Source: a bacterium
GTDB lineage: Bacteria; Krumholzibacteriota; Krumholzibacteriia; LZORAL124-64-63
Direction of reading: 5' to 3'
Length of the DNA: 64,000 nucleotides
Assembly (NCBI GenBank): GCA_031441465.1
Contig: JANOEP010000046.1
Span: 86,922 to 150,921, forward strand
The notes under the pieces were generated by a model, which was not told the DNA's origin, made no database searches, and worked only from the letters and a program-made list of their open reading frames with translations. Below, piece by piece: positions 19,129-28,090 of this stretch. Every line of letters starts with the position of its first letter. Positions within the stretch are counted from its first letter, which is position 1. Both the position numbers and the translations under genes were made by a program.

Positions 19129-20447
19129 TCGCCCCCCTGCACTCCAGAGCGGCGGGAAGGCCCGTCGACGAGGCGGGATTCGCCGGCGGCGGCGAAGAAG
19201 AGGCGTCCCCCCGGCAGCACGACCGGGCGCCTGGCATGCGAGAGGTTGCGCACCCAAAGCCCGTCCCCCGCTTGGCGCCACGAGGTGCCGCCGCGCGACA
19301 GGCGCGCCACTTCCACGTCGGTCAGGTAGAGCGGTTCGTCGCCCAGAGCCGACAGGAGCCCCGCCAAGGCTTCCCGCCCCTCGGTCGCGACCTCCGGTTC
19401 GAGGTGGGCGTAGTTGACCCGGTGCGACTCGACGACGGCGGGTTCGCCCCGATTCCAGGCGCGGCGCACGCGGCGTTCGGCCCGGGCCGTCGCCTCTGCG
19501 GGGTCGCCGATCTGGGCCGTCTCCAGCCGGACATTGCGCTCGAGGTAGACGAGCCGGTGTTCGCTCAACCGGCGCAGGGGCCGGGCCAGGGCCTTGCGCA
19601 GACGACCGAGCGGCCCCTCGTAGTCCGGATGCCGTTGCTCGCGCTGGGATTGCACGACCGTCAAGCCCGCGGCGCGCCACAGCCGCTCGTGCCGGCGGGA
19701 CCAGTGGTAATCGGGGGCGATGACCGCGTCAGGGGCACGGCCGAAGACGACTTCAAAGGCCGTCAATCCCGTGGCGAGTTCGGCGGCGACCAGGGCGAGG
19801 GGGCGCGCGTCGTCCAATTCGAACGAGTGCTGGCTCCCCGGAAAGAGCAGGAACCCCCGCCGGGCCGCCGCGGCGGCGATCGGATCGCGTGCGCAGGCGG
19901 CGGCGCGGGCCGCGGGATCGTAGTGCCAGAGCCCGTGGTATTCGGGGTACCACACGCCCGCCGCGACGGCGTCCGCCACGGCCTTCCAGAGGCCGGGGCG
20001 CGCATATTCCGCGGGGAATTCGGGCAGGGTGCCGCTGCGGAAGGCCGGGCCGCCCGGCGAACCGGTCCCGGAGCCCGCCGCCAGCCAGCCCATGATGTAG
20101 TTGGGCTGCAGGACGGCCGGACCGCCGTCCCGGCCGCGGCATCCCGACAGCACGGCGGCCAGCGCGCTGACCGCGGCGCTGTCTTCCAGCGTCGAATTCA
20201 GGTAGGCGGCCGGGGTGTTGCCGGTGCGCAACCGGGCGAGGTTGTCGGCCACGACTCCGGAGCCGGCGACGGCGTCGGCGTCGGGCGCGTAACCGCACAG
20301 CCCCCAATCGTCGCTCTCGATCACCACGGCCCGCGCCGCCCGCCAGTCCACCAGGGACGGGGCGCCGCCCAGAACCAGGCCGAGACCCAGCAGGAGCGCG
20401 GCCGCCACGAGTGCGGCGCGTCCCGGTGTGAGCAGCCTTCCCGTCAT
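19125..20447 (-). CDS. Membrane-anchored polysaccharide deacetylase-like protein
   Basis: N-terminal hydrophobic anchor; VVIESDDWG, EYHGLWH, IAPDY and VESHRVNY resemble NodB/CE4-like motifs; ATGA coupling with the upstream gene. Confidence 0.55.
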   Translation of the reverse strand: MTGRLLTPGRAALVAAALLLGLGLVLGGAPSLVDWRAARAVVIESDDWGLCGYAPDADAVAGSGVVADNLARLRTGNTPAAYLNSTLEDSAAVSALAAVLSGCRGRDGGPAVLQPNYIMGWLAAGSGTGSPGGPAFRSGTLPEFPAEYARPGLWKAVADAVAAGVWYPEYHGLWHYDPAARAAACARDPIAAAAARRGFLLFPGSQHSFELDDARPLALVAAELATGLTAFEVVFGRAPDAVIAPDYHWSRRHERLWRAAGLTVVQSQREQRHPDYEGPLGRLRKALARPLRRLSEHRLVYLERNVRLETAQIGDPAEATARAERRVRRAWNRGEPAVVESHRVNYAHLEPEVATEGREALAGLLSALGDEPLYLTDVEVARLSRGGTSWRQAGDGLWVRNLSHARRPVVLPGGRLFFAAAGESRLVDGPSRRSGVQGGD

Positions 20448-21103
20448 GGCGCCGTCTCCCCTCTCCAGCGGGCCCACCAGTACCACCCGTAGTCGAGCCC
20501 ATCGCGCGCGATGGCCGCGGTGAGGGCGGCGGTCGCGCGGTCGGGCGCGCCGCCGTCGCCACGCAGCAGCGCCAGCACCCCTTCCCGATCGGGGGGCTCG
20601 GCGCGGTTGAGGTCGCGGCCGAAGCTCCATCCCGCGAGACCGACGGATCCGGCCAAGGCGCCCCGCAGCTCCTCGAGCGCCGGCAGGCGCCCGCGCGAGG
20701 GGACCAGGCGGGCCAACCAATCCCGCAGATCCCGGTCGTTGCGGCGCGCCGGGGTGTCGGCCCGCGGATCGTCCTGCAGGAGGTGCAGGCAGCCGCCCGG
20801 AGCCAGGCAGCCGATCCAGGCCGTCGCGTCCGCGACGACGTCGGCGGCGCCACCGAGATGGTGAAGCAGGTTCGCGGCCACGATCAGGTTCACCGCGCCG
20901 GGGCGCACCGGCAACGCGCGGGCATCGCCCACGATACCGCCGGTGGGACCGGGTCGCCGGTTGTCCAGGGGGACCACGTCCGCGCCCGCCTCGCCCAACG
21001 CCCGCGTGAAGCGCCCGTCTCCGGCGCCCAGTTCGAGGACGACCCCGCCCCGCAGGCGGGCGAGGTCACTCCGCAGGAGGTCCGGGAGTGGTGAGAACGA
21101 CAT
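20444..21103 (-). CDS. Class I SAM-dependent methyltransferase
   Basis: VLELGAGDG, GDARALP, LLHHL, LAPGG. Confidence 0.75.
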   Translation of the reverse strand: MSFSPLPDLLRSDLARLRGGVVLELGAGDGRFTRALGEAGADVVPLDNRRPGPTGGIVGDARALPVRPGAVNLIVAANLLHHLGGAADVVADATAWIGCLAPGGCLHLLQDDPRADTPARRNDRDLRDWLARLVPSRGRLPALEELRGALAGSVGLAGWSFGRDLNRAEPPDREGVLALLRGDGGAPDRATAALTAAIARDGLDYGWYWWARWRGETAP

Positions 21104-22352
21104 CGTCGGCTTCCGGGCGCGCCGGGCGCGGGACGTCGCGGCGCGTTTCGGTGACGGTCGTGCCGCCGCCGGCCGCGGCGACGATCCGCTCGACCTTCTG
21201 GCGTTCGACCTGGATGTCGATGATCTCGGCGACCTGGCGGCGGCGGCGCCGGAAGGAATCCTCGACCTGGTCGTCGAGGCCGAGGACGAAGAACAGTTCG
21301 CTGAAGAAATCGAGCGTGGGACCGCTCGCCTCGTGCCGGCGGCGATCGCCCCAGATCTTGATCGGCCACAGCCAGCAAGCCAGCGCGGGCAGGCCCAGCC
21401 AGGCCTGATTCAGGTAGTCGCTGAGACCGAACATGATCGAACCGGCGGTGATCAGCAGCAGCAGCCGCACGGCGGCGCTCGGCTGGAAGCCCAGCCGCAC
21501 CAGGCGGTGGTGCAGGTGGTAGTCGTCCGCTTCGAAGATCGAGGCGCGCTTGCGCGAGCGGCGGATGATCGTGGTGCCGGTGTCCCAGATCGGGACGATC
21601 ATCGGCGCGAGCAGCAGCAGCAACGAGACGCCGCCGTGCTGCCCGAGGTGCATCAGGAGCATGGCCAGCACGAGGCCCATCCACATGCTGCCCGAATCGC
21701 CCAGGAAGATCTTGCGGCTGCTCATGTTCCAGTACATGAAGGCGAGGGTCGCGCCGCCGAGGGCCGCGGCGTACACCAGCGAGGTGCCGTCGCCCAGGGC
21801 GGCGGCGATCGCGACGATGCCGCAGCAGGCCAGCACGCCGATCCCGCTGGCCAAGCCGTCGAGGCCGTCGATGAGGTTCATGGAGTTGATGAAGCCCAGG
21901 TACCAGAGCAGGCTGATCGGCCAGGCCCAGCCCCCGAGATCGAAGGTGCCGAACAGCGGCAGGTCGATGGTCTGCAACCTCTGGCCGGCTACCATCAGGC
22001 CCAGGATCACCAGCAGCTGCCCGTAGAGCTTCTTCTCCGCGTGGATGTGGAAACGGTCGTCGCCCACGCCGAGGGCGAGGATCGCCAGACCGGACCCGCC
22101 GAGCACGGCCAGCCACGACCAGGGCAGAGCCCGGTGGAAGACCACGTTGTCCAGGATGAACAGGGTCACGAAGAAGGAGATGAAGATGGCCATGCCGCCG
22201 GTGCGCGGCACCGGCACGCGGTGGGTTCGGCGGTAGCCGGGGTGGTCCACGATCCCGGTCAGGAAGCCCAAACTGCGAAAATGGGGCTGGACGAGCCATG
22301 AGAGCGCAAAGGCAACCATGGCCGCGACCAGGACGATGGACTGGTTGTTCAA
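21066..22352 (-). CDS. wecA: Undecaprenyl-phosphate N-acetylhexosamine-1-phosphate transferase (WecA/TagO, MraY family)
   Basis: PRTGG, GVGDD, INSMNLIDGLDGLASG, KIFLGDSGS, DDYHLHHRL; TTG start with AAGGGGA SD. Confidence 0.9.
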   Translation of the reverse strand: MNNQSIVLVAAMVAFALSWLVQPHFRSLGFLTGIVDHPGYRRTHRVPVPRTGGMAIFISFFVTLFILDNVVFHRALPWSWLAVLGGSGLAILALGVGDDRFHIHAEKKLYGQLLVILGLMVAGQRLQTIDLPLFGTFDLGGWAWPISLLWYLGFINSMNLIDGLDGLASGIGVLACCGIVAIAAALGDGTSLVYAAALGGATLAFMYWNMSSRKIFLGDSGSMWMGLVLAMLLMHLGQHGGVSLLLLLAPMIVPIWDTGTTIIRRSRKRASIFEADDYHLHHRLVRLGFQPSAAVRLLLLITAGSIMFGLSDYLNQAWLGLPALACWLWPIKIWGDRRRHEASGPTLDFFSELFFVLGLDDQVEDSFRRRRRQVAEIIDIQVERQKVERIVAAAGGGTTVTETRRDVPRPARPEADDVVLTTPGPPAE

Positions 22353-22403
22353 ATTGATCCCCTTGGCATTCCCGTCGATCCGTCGTCGGGACGAGCCAAC
22401 CGA

Positions 22404-22432
22404 ACCCTAGGTCAGCCCCAGGGTGGTGGCAA
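22404..22432 (-). promoter_or_regulatory. Internal sigma70-type promoter for wecA-methyltransferase-deacetylase
   Basis: TTGCCA-N17-TAGGGT. Confidence 0.55.
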
Positions 22433-22435
22433 CGA

Positions 22436-23569
22436 TTAATTGGCGCCGTCGGTGCGAACGTCCAATAGCCTGAGGTATGCCGCGAGCGTCCTTTCCGCGG
22501 TGGAGCGCCAGGTCCAGATCGGGATCCGCGCCTCCCCGGCGCGAACCAGCCGATCGGCGAGCCCGGGCTCGCTCGAGATCCTGTGCATGGCGTCGGCGAT
22601 GCCCCGAGGGGATTCGGGATCGACCAGCAGGGCGGCGTCTCCCGCCACCTCCCGCATGGCCCCCCGATCGGATGTGATCACCGGAAGGCGGGCCGCCATC
22701 GCCTCCAAGATCGGGAAACCGAACCCTTCGTGCAAGGAGGGAAAGAGCAAGGCCCGGGCCGAAACGAACTCCGCCCAGAGGGAATCACGGTCCCGGTACC
22801 CGACCAGCTCGACGGCGCCCGCGGCCACGGATCGCTGCAATCGCTCCAACAACGGGCGGTTGCACCAGCCCGGCGCGCCGATCACGCGCAAGCGGGGCGC
22901 CGGCGCCCCGGCCCCGGTCCGTGCCCGTGCGATTTCCAGGGCCGACAGGATGTTGTCGAGATTCTTGCGGGGCTCCAGGGCGCCGACGAACAGGAACGGC
23001 GCCCTGGCGGGCCGCTCGCGAGGAGCGGCGCGGCCCGCGGTCCAGGCGGGCGTGCCGAACGGGGTGGGCAGGATCTTGCCGGTGGTGAACGGAAAGGCCG
23101 CCGCCACCTCGCGGCCGGTCGCCGCCGAATTCACCAGCACGGCATCGGCGCGGCGCAACCCGGCCGGCAGGGTCGCCGCGTACCAGAGACGTCGCGCCGT
23201 CGGCACTGACCCCGGCAGGGAACGGAAGGCCAGGTCGTGGACGGTGACCGCCAGCCGGCAGGGCGTCCACAGCGGAGGCGGGATCGTCAAGGAGTGCAGG
23301 ACGCCGGCGCCGAGCCGGCGGGCCACGCTCCCGAGCCGCCAACCGACGCTCGCCAGCCGCCCCGCGGGCAACGCCACCAGCTCCCATTGCGCGCGCCCCG
23401 GCGCGGCGTCGAGGCAGGTGAACAGCTCGGGATGGGAGGTCGCCAGGGCGAAGCGCAGCGGTCGCTCCTCGGCCGCCAGGGCCGTCACCAGCTCGACCAT
23501 CGACCAGGCCACGCCCGTGCAGGGCGGCCGGGCGGCCGAGGCGTCCAGCAGGACCAGCGGCCGGCTCAC
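22436..23569 (-). CDS. Glycosyltransferase family 4 (mannosyltransferase-like)
   Basis: VTVHDL, FVGALEPRKNL, FPSLHEGFGFPILEAMA; GTG 23569 overlaps the upstream stop. Confidence 0.9.
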   Translation of the reverse strand: MSRPLVLLDASAARPPCTGVAWSMVELVTALAAEERPLRFALATSHPELFTCLDAAPGRAQWELVALPAGRLASVGWRLGSVARRLGAGVLHSLTIPPPLWTPCRLAVTVHDLAFRSLPGSVPTARRLWYAATLPAGLRRADAVLVNSAATGREVAAAFPFTTGKILPTPFGTPAWTAGRAAPRERPARAPFLFVGALEPRKNLDNILSALEIARARTGAGAPAPRLRVIGAPGWCNRPLLERLQRSVAAGAVELVGYRDRDSLWAEFVSARALLFPSLHEGFGFPILEAMAARLPVITSDRGAMREVAGDAALLVDPESPRGIADAMHRISSEPGLADRLVRAGEARIPIWTWRSTAERTLAAYLRLLDVRTDGAN

Positions 23570-25023
23570 GGCGACCCCTCCCCGGTGTTCGTGCGCTCGG
23601 GGCACGTCGCCGCCAACAGCATCCCCAGCGCCACCCAGATGTGGGGCAGGTTGTCCTGGGAGAAGGTCAGCAGTTGGGACCAGACGCCGACGACGGCGGC
23701 GGCCGCGGCCACGATGCGCAGGCGCTCGTCCGCCCGGGGCGTGACGGCCACGGTCAGCGCGCGCCAGGTCCGCCGCGCTGTGGCGACGACACCGGCGAGG
23801 AACACGGCCAGACCCGGCGCACCGGTCTCGCCGAGGATCTTCAGCACCACGTTGTTCGCGACCGGCCAGGCGAACTGGCTCTGCAGGCCCATCGGCTCCA
23901 CCAGCAACGGGAAATGGAAACCGTACTGCCCCCAGCCCACGCCGGTCCAGGGCGCCGCCAGGAAGCAGCGCCAGGCGGCCTGCATCGAATACCACCGCGT
24001 GAGGTTGGACCAGTCCTCGGTGCTGAAGGTCTGGAGCAGGCGCCTCAGGATCAGCAGCGGGCCGTCGCCGCCGGTGACCGCGACGGCGACGGTGACGACG
24101 GCCGCCACGGCCAGGACGGGGCGCAGCCAGCGCCGCCGCGGCGGCAGGACGCCCGCCCGCGCGCCGGCGACGACCGCGCAGACGGTCGACAGGCCGGCCG
24201 CGAACCAGGCGCCGCGCGACCAGGTCAGCAGCAGCAGCGCGAGGCCGCCCCCGATCAGCGCCTCCCGGCGGTAGCCGGGACGACCGGCGGCCCACAGCCA
24301 CGGCAGGACCGCCAGCAGGTAGTTGCCGAGGTAGAGGGGTTCGCAGATCGTCCCGCGCAGGCGCGGGATGCCGACGAAGCCGCGGCCGAGGTAGAGTTCC
24401 TCCGAACCGCTGAGGATCGACGCGTTCGACGTGACCACGTGCTCCGTCCAGGCGAACGCCGCGCCGGGTCGGTAGAAGCCCCAGGCCTGCCACGCGGCGT
24501 ACAGCAACTGCAGGATCAGGCCCGCGGCCAGCGCGCCGACCGCCGTGCGCCAGCGGCGCTCGTCGCCGCGCAGCCACCACGCCGTGTGCAGGGCGAAGAC
24601 GGCGGTCACGCCCCACTGCACGACCTGTTTCGCGTAGCGCAGCCAGGCTTCCTGGGGCGAGGCCAGCGAGGGCGCCAGCACCAAGCCGAGGGCGGACAAC
24701 AGGAGCGCTCCGAGCGCGGCGAGCCACGGCCAGCCGCCGACGTCGGCCCAACCGGCCAGCAAGCGCCGCGGCCCGACGTTGACGGCGGCCAGGGTCACGG
24801 CCGCGGCCATCAGCAGGTACGAGGGCTGGAAACCGGCACCGGGATCCCGGCCGGTCAGCAACGTGACCAGCCCGACCCCGGCCAGGGGCAAGCTGGCGAG
24901 AGCGGCGACGACCATGGCCTCGGCCCCGTGTCCCAGGGCCGAACGGTGTCCATGAAGAGGGCCGGCCCCGCGTTGGTCAGGCGAGGGGGGCCGGCCCCAC
25001 CGGATCGGCATGCGTCGGTTCAT
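23566..25023 (-). CDS. O-antigen ligase/Wzy-like polytopic membrane protein
   Basis: Many TM segments; RLRGTICEPLYLG, LTWSRGAW, PWTGVGWGQY, NNVVLKILGETGAPG. Start 25023 (possibly leaderless) or 24915. Confidence 0.8.
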   Translation of the reverse strand: MNRRMPIRWGRPPSPDQRGAGPLHGHRSALGHGAEAMVVAALASLPLAGVGLVTLLTGRDPGAGFQPSYLLMAAAVTLAAVNVGPRRLLAGWADVGGWPWLAALGALLLSALGLVLAPSLASPQEAWLRYAKQVVQWGVTAVFALHTAWWLRGDERRWRTAVGALAAGLILQLLYAAWQAWGFYRPGAAFAWTEHVVTSNASILSGSEELYLGRGFVGIPRLRGTICEPLYLGNYLLAVLPWLWAAGRPGYRREALIGGGLALLLLTWSRGAWFAAGLSTVCAVVAGARAGVLPPRRRWLRPVLAVAAVVTVAVAVTGGDGPLLILRRLLQTFSTEDWSNLTRWYSMQAAWRCFLAAPWTGVGWGQYGFHFPLLVEPMGLQSQFAWPVANNVVLKILGETGAPGLAVFLAGVVATARRTWRALTVAVTPRADERLRIVAAAAAVVGVWSQLLTFSQDNLPHIWVALGMLLAATCPERTNTGEGSP

Positions 25024-25029
25024 GCGGGC

Positions 25030-25058
25030 ACTCTAACGCGACCGGACCCGCCGTACAA
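25030..25058 (-). promoter_or_regulatory. sigma70-type promoter immediately upstream of the ligase ATG
   Basis: TTGTAC-N17-TAGAGT, 6 nt before ATG 25023. Confidence 0.55.
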
Positions 25059-25070
25059 GCGCCGGTGCGC

Positions 25071-26465
25071 TCAGTGCGCGGACAGGTAACGGTCGAGTTC
25101 CCACGGATGGACCTGCGAGATGTAGTCCTTCCAGACGCTTTCCTTGTGGTCGATGTAGTGGAGGAAGACGTGGTCGCCGAGCACCTCGCGCATCAGCGGA
25201 TCCTTGCGGAAGAGGATCAGGGCCTCTCCCAGGTTGCCGGGCAGCTGCGTGATGCGCAGGCGGGCCTTCTCGCGATCGCTCATGATGAAGATGTTCTTGT
25301 TGACCGGCTCGCCGGCCTCGCGCTTCTCCACGATGCCGTCGAGGCCGGAGGCCAGCATCACGGCGAACGCGAGGTAGGGGTTGCAGCTGGGATCCGGCAT
25401 GCGGACTTCGACGCGCGTGCCCACGCCGCGGCGGGCGGGCACCCGAGCCAGCGGCGAACGGTTGTGCTCGCTCCAGGCGACGTTGACGGGCGCTTCGTAG
25501 CCCGGCACCAGGCGCTTGTAGGAGTTGACCAGCGGGTTGGTGATCGCCGCGAAGGCCCGCGCGTGGTGCAGGATGCCGCCGATGTACCAGCGAGCCATGT
25601 CGCTCAGCTCGTACGGCGCCTTGGGATCGTAGAACGCGTTCTCCAGCTTGCCGCGCCGGTCCTGGAACAGCGACTGGTGGACGTGCATGCCGGAGCCGTT
25701 CTCGCCGAAGATCGGCTTGGGCATGAAGGTGGCGTGCAGGTTGTAGTCCAGCGCGATCTTCTTGACGATCATCTTAAAGGTCATCACGAAATCGGCCGAT
25801 TGAAGGGCGTCGGCGTACTTGAAGTCGATCTCGTGCTGGCCGGGCGCCACCTCGTGGTGGGCCGCCTCGATCTCGAAGCCGATCTTCTCGAGCACGTTGA
25901 CGATGTCGCGGCGGCACTCTTCGCCCTTGTCGATGGGCAGCAGGTCGAAGTAGCCGCCCTTGTCGTGCGTCCGGACGGTCGGCTTGCCGTCTTCATCGCG
26001 CTCGAAGAGGAAGAACTCCACTTCCGGGCCGCAGACCGGGTGCAGGCCGAGCGCCGCGAAGCGCGCGATGGTGCGCCGCAGCGTCAGACGCGGGCAGCCG
26101 GAGAAGGGCGAGCGGTCGCTGTTGTAGACGTCGCAGATCAGTCGGGCCTCGCGGCCCTGGATCCCCTCGAAGGGGAAGACCACGTAACTGTTCAGGTCGG
26201 GGACCAGCAGCATGTCCGATTCCTCGATCCGGGTGAAGCCCTCGATCGACGAACCGTCGAACATGATCTCGCCCTGCAGGGCCTTCTCGATCTGGCCCTC
26301 GGGCACTTCGACGTTTTTGTTGTGCCCGAGCACGTCGGTGAACATCAGGCGCAGGAAGCGGACCTTGTCCTTCTTCATGCGTTCGAGCAGGGCCTTGCGC
26401 TCGGTTTCCGGCGCGATGACGCCGTCGGCGAAGGGCTTCAGGAAGATGCTTTCCGTTTCGGCCAT
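25071..26465 (-). CDS. glnA: Type I glutamine synthetase
   Basis: FDGSSIEGF, HHEVAPGQHEIDF, ATFMPKPIFGENGSGMHVHQSL, NSYKRLVPGYEAP, RVEVRMPDPSCNPYL. Confidence 0.96.
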   Translation of the reverse strand: MAETESIFLKPFADGVIAPETERKALLERMKKDKVRFLRLMFTDVLGHNKNVEVPEGQIEKALQGEIMFDGSSIEGFTRIEESDMLLVPDLNSYVVFPFEGIQGREARLICDVYNSDRSPFSGCPRLTLRRTIARFAALGLHPVCGPEVEFFLFERDEDGKPTVRTHDKGGYFDLLPIDKGEECRRDIVNVLEKIGFEIEAAHHEVAPGQHEIDFKYADALQSADFVMTFKMIVKKIALDYNLHATFMPKPIFGENGSGMHVHQSLFQDRRGKLENAFYDPKAPYELSDMARWYIGGILHHARAFAAITNPLVNSYKRLVPGYEAPVNVAWSEHNRSPLARVPARRGVGTRVEVRMPDPSCNPYLAFAVMLASGLDGIVEKREAGEPVNKNIFIMSDREKARLRITQLPGNLGEALILFRKDPLMREVLGDHVFLHYIDHKESVWKDYISQVHPWELDRYLSAH

Positions 26466-26556
26466 GAGACGCTCCTTCTCTCCTCCCGGAGATGGTTTGA
26501 TTCACCGACCATTGTATTGTGCCAAAGATGCGTTATTTCTGTGTCGTAGATCGGTT

Positions 26557-26565
26557 ATTATAGCA
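26557..26565 (-). promoter_or_regulatory. Extended -10 promoter for glnA within an AT-rich patch
   Basis: TGCTATAAT on the minus strand; no clear -35. Confidence 0.5.
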
Positions 26566-26661
26566 CCATATCGGCATAGTCCAGGATTAATTTAGCATTT
26601 TATGCATATTATTTGAGTCATTCCGCAACCAGCCCCGGGCCGGCGCCGACGCGAATCGGCG

Positions 26662-26690
26662 TCGACCGCCCCGGGGGGCCGTGCTAGCCT
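26662..26690 (+). promoter_or_regulatory. sigma70-type promoter for the PhoH-family gene
   Basis: TCGACC-N17-TAGCCT with extended -10 TG. Confidence 0.5.
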
Positions 26691-26736
26691 TGTCCCGGCG
26701 CCCTCCCGGCGCCAGCGACGACCAAGGAGGGTCCGC

Positions 26737-28077
26737 ATGACCGCGCACGGCCTCAACGGCATCAAGATCTCCGCCATGACCGGCTCCTGCTTCCTGCTCG
26801 ACACCAACGTGCTCCTGCACGATGCGACGTCCCTGGAAGCCTTCGAGGAGCACCACATCATCCTGACCGTCGACGTCCTGGAGGAGTTGGACCGCTTCAA
26901 GCGGGAGAACGACGAGCGCGGCCGCAACGCCCGCCGCGTGATCCGGACCATCGACGAGCTGCGTCAGCGCGGACCGCTGCGCGAGGGGGTCCCCCTGCCA
27001 GGCGGCGGCAAGCTTTTCGTGCTGGTCGACAATTACACGGATCGGCTGCCGACGGGCATGGACCGCGCCATCCCCGACAACCGCATCCTCGCGGCCGCCC
27101 TCTACCTGAGCCAGGAGGGGGTCGACGTCCGGTTCATCACCAAGGACCTCAATGCGCGCGTCAAGGGCGACGCCCTGGGTGTCCGCTCGGAGGACCTGCA
27201 GCGCAGCACGGTCAACTTCGACGAGCTGTACACGGGCTGGACCGAGGTCGACTGCTCCGGCGACGTGATCGAGCAGTTCTACGCGACGGGCGCGACCGAG
27301 GTGGCCGGCGACTTCCAACCGAACGAGGGCGTCCTGCTGCGCAACGAGACCAACCCCAAGCAGACGGCGCTGGGCATCTGGCGCGGCGTCAGCGGGCGGG
27401 TCGAGAAGCTGGTGCACGAGGAGACGCGCCCCTGGGGCCTGCAGGCGCTGAACCTGCAGCAGCACTTCGCGCTGGAACTGCTGCTGCGCGACGATATCCA
27501 GCTGGTCTCGATGCTGGGCCAGGCCGGCACCGGCAAGACCCTGCTCGCGCTGGCCGTCGGGCTGCACAAGGTGGCCGAGCAGAAGGTCTACCGCCGGATC
27601 ATGGTCTCGCGGCCGATCATGCCGCTGGGGCGGGACATCGGCTACCTGCCGGGTTCCAAGGAGGAGAAGCTCGCGAGCTGGATGGAGCCGATCTTCGACA
27701 ATCTCCAGTACCTGGTCGACCCGCAGATGGAGCAAGCGGGCGACAAGGTGGACTACCTGTTCGACACCGGGGTGATCGAGGTCGAGGCCGTGACCTACAT
27801 CCGCGGCCGCAGTCTGCCGAAGCTGTTCATCATCATCGACGAAGCCCAGAACCTCACGCCGCACGAGATCAAGACCGTGGTCAGCCGGGCCGGGCAGGAC
27901 TCGAAGGTCGTCCTGACCGGCGACGCCTACCAGATCGACAATCCCTACCTGGACGCTTCGAGCAACGGGTTGACCTACGTCGTGGAGCGTTTCAAGGGCC
28001 AGCCGATCTACGGCCACATCACGCTGGCCAAGAGCGAGCGCAGCCGCCTGGCGAGCCTCGCCGCCGAACTGCTGTAG
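26737..28077 (+). CDS. PhoH-family ATPase with N-terminal PIN domain (PhoH2/YlaK-like)
   Basis: LDTNVLLHD, LEELDRFK, DNRIL, ITKDLNARVK (PIN); GQAGTGKT, IGYLPG, YIRGRS, IIDEAQN, LTGD (PhoH); AAGGAGG SD. Confidence 0.93.
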   Translation: MTAHGLNGIKISAMTGSCFLLDTNVLLHDATSLEAFEEHHIILTVDVLEELDRFKRENDERGRNARRVIRTIDELRQRGPLREGVPLPGGGKLFVLVDNYTDRLPTGMDRAIPDNRILAAALYLSQEGVDVRFITKDLNARVKGDALGVRSEDLQRSTVNFDELYTGWTEVDCSGDVIEQFYATGATEVAGDFQPNEGVLLRNETNPKQTALGIWRGVSGRVEKLVHEETRPWGLQALNLQQHFALELLLRDDIQLVSMLGQAGTGKTLLALAVGLHKVAEQKVYRRIMVSRPIMPLGRDIGYLPGSKEEKLASWMEPIFDNLQYLVDPQMEQAGDKVDYLFDTGVIEVEAVTYIRGRSLPKLFIIIDEAQNLTPHEIKTVVSRAGQDSKVVLTGDAYQIDNPYLDASSNGLTYVVERFKGQPIYGHITLAKSERSRLASLAAELL

Positions 28078-28090
28078 CGGGCTCCCGCCG

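Noticed and set aside
26508..26526. Possible sigma54 promoter for glnA (TTGGCAC)
   Set aside because: The -12 GC is missing at the required spacing (TGGCAC-AATAC-AATG).
26592..26736. Possible antitoxin gene upstream of PIN-PhoH
   Set aside because: No credible small ORF with an SD between the promoter and the PhoH start.
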